NCBI GenBank assembly: GCA_031409275.1
Contig: JANNXA010000040.1
Location: 32,001 to 96,000 of the forward strand
Reading direction: 5' to 3'
Origin: Planctomycetota bacterium
GTDB lineage: Bacteria > Planctomycetota > B15-G4 > SIAN01
Length of the DNA stretch: 64,000 nucleotides
Shown here: piece by piece, positions 56,747 to 64,000 of the stretch
Position numbering within the stretch: the first letter of the stretch is position 1
Layout: each line of letters opens with the position of its first letter
Notes under the pieces: model-generated
Databases searched by the model: none
Seen by the model: the letters and a program-made list of their open reading frames with translations, nothing else
Told to the model about the DNA's origin: nothing
Position numbers and translations under genes: made by a program

Positions 56747-58420
56747 TCAAGCGAGCGACGCGCGCAGGTCCAACGCCCACTCGACCAGGCCGCGCGGCAG
56801 GTCGTTGGGATGCGCCACGCAGACCCAGATCACCGACGCGAGCCCGCCAAGCAGCAGGAACGACGCCGCGACCTGGACGGTCCGCTGCAGGCGCGCACGG
56901 CGCAATTCCGGGACGGTCTGGATCGGGGCGACCTCGCCGAGCACCGGCAAGCGCAACGTGCGCCGCGCCTGCTCGGCGCTGCGGAAGGAGGAGCGCAGGA
57001 ACTCGCGGCCGATGATCGCGACCAACGCGAGGCCGAGCCCCAGCATGGTCGAGACGGCGAGCGCGATGGTGCCGAGGAAGGCCGACGGGATCGTCGCCGG
57101 CACCGGCTTCTCGAGCTGGGTGAACGGCATGCGCTGCCCTGGCCCGCGCCGCTCGCTCTGCAACTTGTTGTCGCGCAGCGGCTGCAGCGCCATGGTCGCG
57201 TCGTAGACGATCTGCTGCTTGCCGATGATCTCCGCTCGCAGCGTGTCGTGGACGCGCAGCACCTCGGGCAACGTCTCGAGCGACTCCGAAACTCGGGCGA
57301 GATCGCTTTCGATCCGGCTGCGTTGCGCCACCTTGCCCTGCAGCTGCAGGTAGAGCGCGTCGCGCTGGTCCTTGGCGGCCTTCCAGTCGGGATTGGGGAT
57401 ACCGGGCAACGGAACGCCGGACGCGGTCGATCCGAGCTCGGACGCCGCGACGAGCTGTTTCTTCAGCGCGACCTTGAGCTGGCCGAGCAGGCGGTCGCGA
57501 TCGGGGTTGTAGCCCGAGATGAGGCGCGCCTCGATGGCGGCGACGGTCGCCTCGATCTGCTGGATCGCGGCGGCCTTCTGCGTGTTGGTGAGCGGGCTGT
57601 CGGACGGCAGCGTCGGCGGCAGCAGCAGATCGCCCTGCGCATTGGTCGCGGTGAGGCGTGCGTCGAGGTTCTCGATCTGCGCCTCGAAGTCGGCGATGGC
57701 GATGGCGAGCGTGCCACGGTCGGTCAACAGTCGATCGAGCTGACCCTGCGCCCCCTGGCGTTGGTCGATCGCGCTGATTCCATTGCGGACCTCGAACCGT
57801 TCGAGCGCCACGCGCGCGTCGTCAAGTTCCTGCTTCTTGACCGCGAGGACCTCCTCGGCGACCGAGAGCTTGCGATCGACTTCCGCGGTGTAGCGCTCGA
57901 GCGAGGTATCGAGCCAGAACTTGTTCAGCGCGGCGCAGAACTCGGCGGCGCGATCGCGATCGTGCCAGGCGAAGTTGAGGAAGACGATCCGCTCGCCGAG
58001 TTCGCCAGCGGTGACGCGGCAATCGATCTTGTCCTTCACCTTCTTCAGGAAGGCGCGCTGGTCGAGCTCGCCGCCTTCCTTCGCGCGGGTCCAGTCGTCC
58101 CATTCGAGGTCGTTCAGCACCGCCTCGATCCAGGTCGTGGAGCGCAACTGCTCCTCGAGGTTCCGGCGCCGCGTCGAGAATGGGATGGTGTCGATGTCGC
58201 GCGACTCGGCGACCGAGTCGAACATCCACGCGCTGTTGAGCTCGAGCTTCGAGGTGGAGACGTAGGTCTTCGGAATGAACAGGAACAGCGAGACGCCGAC
58301 CAGCAGGCCGGCGCCAAGGCAGGTCGCGATGGCGAGCCAGCCGCGCTTGATCACGCCGATGAATTGACGGATCTGCTGCTGCGGATCGACCTCGCGGTCG
58401 AAGTCGTTCGCGGCGGCCAT
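56747..58420 (-). CDS. Polysaccharide chain-length determinant (Wzz/GumC-like, no kinase domain)
   Basis: N-terminal TM + IPKTY, long coiled coil, TM, LPVLGEV, extra C-terminal TM. Confidence 0.8.
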   Translation of the reverse strand: MAAANDFDREVDPQQQIRQFIGVIKRGWLAIATCLGAGLLVGVSLFLFIPKTYVSTSKLELNSAWMFDSVAESRDIDTIPFSTRRRNLEEQLRSTTWIEAVLNDLEWDDWTRAKEGGELDQRAFLKKVKDKIDCRVTAGELGERIVFLNFAWHDRDRAAEFCAALNKFWLDTSLERYTAEVDRKLSVAEEVLAVKKQELDDARVALERFEVRNGISAIDQRQGAQGQLDRLLTDRGTLAIAIADFEAQIENLDARLTATNAQGDLLLPPTLPSDSPLTNTQKAAAIQQIEATVAAIEARLISGYNPDRDRLLGQLKVALKKQLVAASELGSTASGVPLPGIPNPDWKAAKDQRDALYLQLQGKVAQRSRIESDLARVSESLETLPEVLRVHDTLRAEIIGKQQIVYDATMALQPLRDNKLQSERRGPGQRMPFTQLEKPVPATIPSAFLGTIALAVSTMLGLGLALVAIIGREFLRSSFRSAEQARRTLRLPVLGEVAPIQTVPELRRARLQRTVQVAASFLLLGGLASVIWVCVAHPNDLPRGLVEWALDLRASLA

Positions 58421-59289
58421 CAATCGCCTCCGAGCAGCGCCGGGTCGATCGGTGCGAGGGCCAGAGCGCTGTCGCTGCCCAGCGGCGGCGGCGCTCGGCT
58501 GAAGCTGCCGCCGAAGTTGTTGCGGCCGCTGTTGCCGAAACGCCGCGTGTCGCCGAAGGTCTCGGCCGCGAAGATCAACCGGTTCAGGTTGAAGGCGCTC
58601 GAGACGATCACGGTGAGCGGCGCGAAGAGCTGCTGGGTGAAGATGGTCAGGTAGCCGAAGAGATTCGGCGGGATGTAGATGATGTCGTTCTCGCGCACCT
58701 CGACGTTGTCGAGCGACCAACCGCCTTCGAGCATGTCGTCGTAGTCGAACTCGACCACGAGCGGGTGGTACGGATCGGAACGGATCAGCCGGATGCCGTC
58801 GTCGTCGGCGAGCAGCGTCGGCGCCGCGTCGAAGACGGCGCGAAACAGGGAGGTCTCGCCCTCGAACGGCTTGCGTCCGCCGCCGGCCACTTCGCCGTCG
58901 ACGTAGTACCACTTCGACGTCGACCCTTGCAGCGTCGCATCGATGTCGGCGCTCGAGTTGAACTCGCGGAAGCGCCGGGTCAACGTCTCCTCGAGATCGG
59001 GGATCGTGAGTCCGGCGACGAAGACTTCGTCGATCAACTCAGGATCGATCACGCCGTCGGTGCGCACGCGCAGCGCCGCATTGAACTCGGGGTGCAGCGC
59101 GTCGGAGATGCTGATGATGTCGCCGATGCCGAGGTAGTACTGGTCGTTGGTGTCGCCGACGTAGCGCGTCCCGAAGCCGCGCTGATTCAGCAGTTGCTGG
59201 ACGCGCCCATCGTCGCTGGTGACGCAGCCGCCAAGCGCGAGCAGCGGCAGGAACGCCACTCCGGCGCGACGTGTCGAGATCTGGGTCAC
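58420..59289 (-). CDS. Polysaccharide export lipoprotein (Wza-like)
   Basis: LALGGC lipobox; YYLGIGD, VRTDG.I, VAGLT, YVDGEV, DIIYIP; SD AGGAG. Confidence 0.85.
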   Translation of the reverse strand: MTQISTRRAGVAFLPLLALGGCVTSDDGRVQQLLNQRGFGTRYVGDTNDQYYLGIGDIISISDALHPEFNAALRVRTDGVIDPELIDEVFVAGLTIPDLEETLTRRFREFNSSADIDATLQGSTSKWYYVDGEVAGGGRKPFEGETSLFRAVFDAAPTLLADDDGIRLIRSDPYHPLVVEFDYDDMLEGGWSLDNVEVRENDIIYIPPNLFGYLTIFTQQLFAPLTVIVSSAFNLNRLIFAAETFGDTRRFGNSGRNNFGGSFSRAPPPLGSDSALALAPIDPALLGGD

Positions 59290-59395
59290 GTTCTCTCCTG
59301 GCACCTCGCCATCGTTGCGACCGCGATTGCGGCGCCGCGACAGCCCTCCCTTCGACCTTGGACGGCGTCCGGGTTGAAACGTCCCGTGCGCTCGC

Positions 59396-60436
59396 TCAAG
59401 GGCCGGGGCCGCCCCCGGGGGCGAGGCGGCCGCCGTACTGGCGGTCATAGTAGTCGCGATAGGCCCCCGAACGGATGCGCAGGACCCAGGACTGATTGGC
59501 GCGATACCAATCGACGGTGGCCGCAAGCCCCTCGTCGAAGCGGCGCGTCGGACGCCAACCGAGCTCGGACTTCGCCTTGGCGCAGTCGATTGCGTAGCGG
59601 CGATCGTGCCCGGGTCGATCGGCGACGTAGCGGATGAGCCGCTCGTCCTTGCCGAGGATCTTCAGCAAGGTGCGCACGACGGTCAGGTTCGGCAGCTCGC
59701 ACTCGCCACCGAAGTTGTAGACCTCGCCCGGCCGACCGCGTTCGAGCGCCGCCAGCAGACCCGAGCAGTGGTCGTCGACGTGGATCCAGTCGCGCACCTG
59801 CTGGCCGTCGCCATAGACCGGCAACGGCTGGTCCGCCATCGCGTTGGCGATCATCAGCGGGATCAGCTTCTCGGGGAACTGGCGCGGCCCGTAGTTGTTC
59901 GAGCAGCGGCTCGTCACGGCCGGGAAGCCGAAGGTGTGGAAGGCGGCGCGCACGAGCAGGTCGGAGCCCGCCTTGCTGGCGGAGTAGGGCGAGTTGGGCG
60001 CGAGCGGCGTCGACTCGCTGAAGCTGCCGGTGGCGCCAAGCGTGCCGTAGACCTCGTCGGTCGAGACGTGCAGGAAGCGCTGCACGCGCTGCGCGCGCGC
60101 AACGTCGAGCAGGTGCTGCGTCCCGACGACGTTGCTGCGCACGAAGATCGCCGGTTCGAGGATCGAGCGATCGACGTGCGACTCGGCTGCCAGATGAGCG
60201 ACCCAGTCGATCCGGTGGCGCGCGAAGACCGCCTCGACCTGGGCCCGCTCGGCGAGGTCGGCACGCTCGAACGCGTAGCGCGGGTGACCTTCGAGGTCCG
60301 CCAGCCAGGTCAGATCGCCGGCGTAGGTGAGCGCGTCGAGGTTGACCACGCTCCAATCGGGGCGGGTCGCCAAGACGTGGCGGATGAAGTTGGCGCCGAT
60401 GAAGCCGGCGCCTCCGGTGACGAGCAACTTGGTCAT
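59396..60436 (-). CDS. rfbB: dTDP-glucose 4,6-dehydratase
   Basis: GGAGFIG, DALTYAG, AAESHVDRSI, STDEVYG, YSASK, NNYGP.QFPEKLIP, DRPGHDRRY. Confidence 0.96.
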   Translation of the reverse strand: MTKLLVTGGAGFIGANFIRHVLATRPDWSVVNLDALTYAGDLTWLADLEGHPRYAFERADLAERAQVEAVFARHRIDWVAHLAAESHVDRSILEPAIFVRSNVVGTQHLLDVARAQRVQRFLHVSTDEVYGTLGATGSFSESTPLAPNSPYSASKAGSDLLVRAAFHTFGFPAVTSRCSNNYGPRQFPEKLIPLMIANAMADQPLPVYGDGQQVRDWIHVDDHCSGLLAALERGRPGEVYNFGGECELPNLTVVRTLLKILGKDERLIRYVADRPGHDRRYAIDCAKAKSELGWRPTRRFDEGLAATVDWYRANQSWVLRIRSGAYRDYYDRQYGGRLAPGGGPGP

Positions 60437-61293
60437 GCGCGGCCGATCCCCTCGCGAAGCTCCGCAAGATAGCCGGCGAGTCCCTCCTGCCACGAGGGCG
60501 GCGACGCGCCGAGCGCGGCCGCGAAGCGCAGCTTCGAGAGCACTCCGTACGCCGGCCGCCGCGCCGGCCGCGGAAACTCGGCCGTGGTGCAGGGAGCGAC
60601 CGGAGTGGTGAGTCCGGCGCCGGCGATGATGGCGAGCGCGAACTCGTGCCAGCTCGCGTCCCCCGCCGCCGAGCAGTGCCAGAGCCCCGGTGCCACGTCG
60701 GCGGCAAGCAACTGCCAGAGGCCCGTCGCCAGGTGGTTCGACCAGGTCGGGCACCCGCGCTGGTCCGCCACCACCTTCAGGCTCGGTCGCTCGCGCGCCG
60801 CCTTCAGGATGGTGTCGACGAAGTTGCGACCGCCCGCACCGAAGACCCACTGGGTTCGCACGACCAGCACGCGTCCGCCGCGCGCCAGCGCCTCGAACTC
60901 TCCGAAACGCTTGCTGCGGCCATACGCCGACTGCGGCGCGGTCGGATCGTGCTCGAGGTAGGGAGTGGTCGACTGCCCATCGAAGACGTAGTCGCTGGAG
61001 AGGCAGAGGCAGCCGGCGCCAGCGCGCGCCGCCGCGTCGACGACGTTGGCGGTGCCGAGCCAGTTGACGCGGAGCGCGCGCCCTGGATCCTGCTCGCAAC
61101 CGTCGACGTCGGTGAAAGCAGCGGCATGGATCACCCAGTCGGGGCGCGCGGCAGCGATGGCCGCGCGCGTCTGCGCCGCATCGACGACGTCGAGCTGCGC
61201 GCGCGTCGTCGACTGCAGTTCGACGTGGCCCGGCCGGGTCCGCTGCAGCGCGGTGCCGAGGATCCCGCCGCCCCCAGTGATCAACACGCGCAC
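60433..61293 (-). CDS. rfbD: dTDP-4-dehydrorhamnose reductase
   Basis: ITGGGGILG, AAFTDVDGCE, SSDYVFDG, YGRSK, DQRGCPT, ARRP. Confidence 0.93.
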   Translation of the reverse strand: MRVLITGGGGILGTALQRTRPGHVELQSTTRAQLDVVDAAQTRAAIAAARPDWVIHAAAFTDVDGCEQDPGRALRVNWLGTANVVDAAARAGAGCLCLSSDYVFDGQSTTPYLEHDPTAPQSAYGRSKRFGEFEALARGGRVLVVRTQWVFGAGGRNFVDTILKAARERPSLKVVADQRGCPTWSNHLATGLWQLLAADVAPGLWHCSAAGDASWHEFALAIIAGAGLTTPVAPCTTAEFPRPARRPAYGVLSKLRFAAALGASPPSWQEGLAGYLAELREGIGRA

Positions 61294-61350
61294 GGCATCC
61301 CTCCTGCTGCTCGCCAACGGTGCGCCGCGCGACGTGCCGCGGCGGCTCGA

Positions 61351-62087
61351 TCAGCCGAGGTTCGCCCCGCCTTCGCGCACGAGCGTCGAAGCCTTGTAGA
61401 GCGACTCGAAGGTGCCGGCGTCGCTCCACCAGCCTTCGAGGCGGTCCCACTGCAGCTCGTTGCGCGCGAGGTAGGCGTTGTTGACGTCGGTGATCTCGAG
61501 CTCGCCGCGGTGGCTCGGCTTGAGCGTGCGGATGATCTCGAAGGCGCGGGCGTCGTAGAAGTAGATCCCGGTCACCGCGAGGTTGCTCTTCGGCTGCTTG
61601 GGTTTCTCGACGATGCCCACGACCTGATCGCCCTTCACCTCGGCGACGCCGAAACGCTCCGGATCGGGCACTTCCTTCAACAGGATGCGCGCGCCGCTCT
61701 TCTGCGCCAGGAAGCGGTCGACCGACGGCTTGATCGACTTCTGCAGCAGGTTGTCGCCGAGCACGACGACCATGCGGCCGCTGCCGACGAACGGCTCGGC
61801 GAGGCGCAACGCATCGGCGATCCCGCCTTCGCCCTGCTGGTACGCGTAGCAGAGGCGCGCGCCGAACTCGCTGCCGGAACCGAGCAGCTTCAGGAAGTGG
61901 CCGGCCGAGTCGCCGCCGGTCACGATCATCACGTCCTTCACCCCACCCTTCACCAGGCACTCGAGCGGGTAGTGGATCATCGGCCGGTTGTAGACGGGCA
62001 GCAGGTGCTTGTTGGTGATCTTGGTCAGCGGCATGAGCCGGCTGCCGAGCCCGCCGGCGAGGATCACGCCCTTGATGGAGTCGCTGT

Positions 62088-62091
<4 letters not shown>
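61351..62091 (-). CDS. rfbA: Glucose-1-phosphate thymidylyltransferase (short SpsI-type)
   Basis: LAGGLGSRL, NKHLLPVYNRPMI, GIADAL, VEKP, RGELEITD, WSDAGT. Confidence 0.9.
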
Positions 62092-63055
<964 letters not shown>

Positions 63056-63059
<4 letters not shown>

Positions 63060-64000
63060 AGGCTCGCGCCTTGCGCGAAGAAACGGACCAGGCGATCCAC
63101 CACGCGCTCGGCGGCGTGGCCGTCCCATCCTTCGGGCACGCGGAACGTCGCCGGATCGCGCGCCAGCATGGTGCGCGCGCCCGCCAGGATCCGCTCCGGC
63201 ACGTTGCCGGCCAGCAGGTTGCCGCCACACTCGATCGTCACCGGCCGCTCGGTGTTCTCGCGCAATGTGACCACCGGGACCTTCAGCACCAGCGCCTCCT
63301 CCTGCACGCCGCCCGAATCGGTGAGGATCAGTCGCGCGCGCGCCATCGCCGCCATGAACTCGACGTAGCCGAGCGGCGGGACCAGCCGGATACGGCCTCC
63401 CGCGGCGAGCGACGCGGCAAAGCCGAAATCCTCGAGCCGCTTCTGCGTGCGCGGATGAACCGTCCACGCCAGCGGCAGATCAGCGGAGAGCTCCTGCAGC
63501 GCCGCGAGGATGCCGCGCAGCGCGGCGCCATCGTCGACGTTGCTCGGCCGATGCAGCGTGACCAGCGCGTAGTGCTCCGGCCAGTCGGCCGGCCGCGGTG
63601 ACTGCAGCGCAATCCCGCGGAAGCGCAGCAACGTGTCGATCATCGTGTTGCCGACCATCTCGATGCGATCGGCGCGGGCTCCTTCGCGACGCAGGTTCGC
63701 GACCCCCGACGGCTCGGTGACGAAGAGAAGCGAGGAGAGGGCGTCGGTCGCGAGGCGGTTCAACTCCTCGGGCATCGAGCGATCGCCCGAGCGCAGCCCC
63801 GCCTCGACGTGAGCCACCGGTACGTGCAGCTTCACCGCGGCGAGCGTCGCTGCGATGGTCGAGTTGACGTCCCCCACCACCAGCACGAGGTCCTGCGGAT
63901 GGGCGAGCAGCCACTCCTCGAAGCTCGCCAGCACCTGCGCCGTCTGCTTGCCGTGACTGGCGGAGCCGACGCCAAGATCGGCGTCGGGCTTGGGGAAGCC
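63056..64000 (-). CDS. wecB: UDP-N-acetylglucosamine 2-epimerase (5' part outside the window)
   Basis: VGDVNST, HVEAGLRS, MPEELNR, TLHRPSNVD, TDSGGVQEE, RENTERP. Confidence 0.95.

Overview
High-GC (roughly 70% by eye) bacterial chromosomal segment. DUF1573/multiheme cytochrome, GldFG/DUF4340, TMTC-like, sulfatase and exosortase genes plus LPS-related lpxH and GT9 suggest a diderm, probably Planctomycetota-like organism (inference). In order: (1) 3' end of a sulfatase; (2) a tightly coupled 7-gene minus-strand lipid-modification operon (DUF1295, SAM methyltransferase, acyl-CoA desaturase, FAD oxidoreductase, DUF1365, Cfa/UfaM-like methylase, DUF2878-alpha/beta-hydrolase fusion) resembling furan-fatty-acid/singlet-oxygen-response clusters, with a sigmaE(ChrR)-like promoter; (3) an unusual plus-strand operon of three radical-SAM enzymes, a GT9 and a TMTC-like GT-C/TPR glycosyltransferase; (4) a DUF1573 + UshA-like/tetraheme cytochrome pair and an orphan iron-type SBP, each preceded by a matching sigma54-like promoter; (5) a GldA/GldFG/DUF4340 ABC system; (6) a degenerate GGDEF gene below a ~400-nt lower-GC structured region ending in a strong terminator (candidate sRNA or regulatory leader); (7) an orphan PilC/GspF-like gene and two CTAG-bounded palindromic MITE-like elements; (8) housekeeping lpxH-cmk-plsC-rpsA-tyrS with a sigma54 response regulator; (9) a large exosortase (XrtA/PEP-CTERM-type) exopolysaccharide locus with rfbABD, wza, wzz and wecB, interrupted by a degenerate histidine kinase and a 1444-aa TPR protein. 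No rRNA, tRNA, CRISPR array or transposase was seen. All calls come from reading motifs by eye; no searches were run and start codons are my best estimates.
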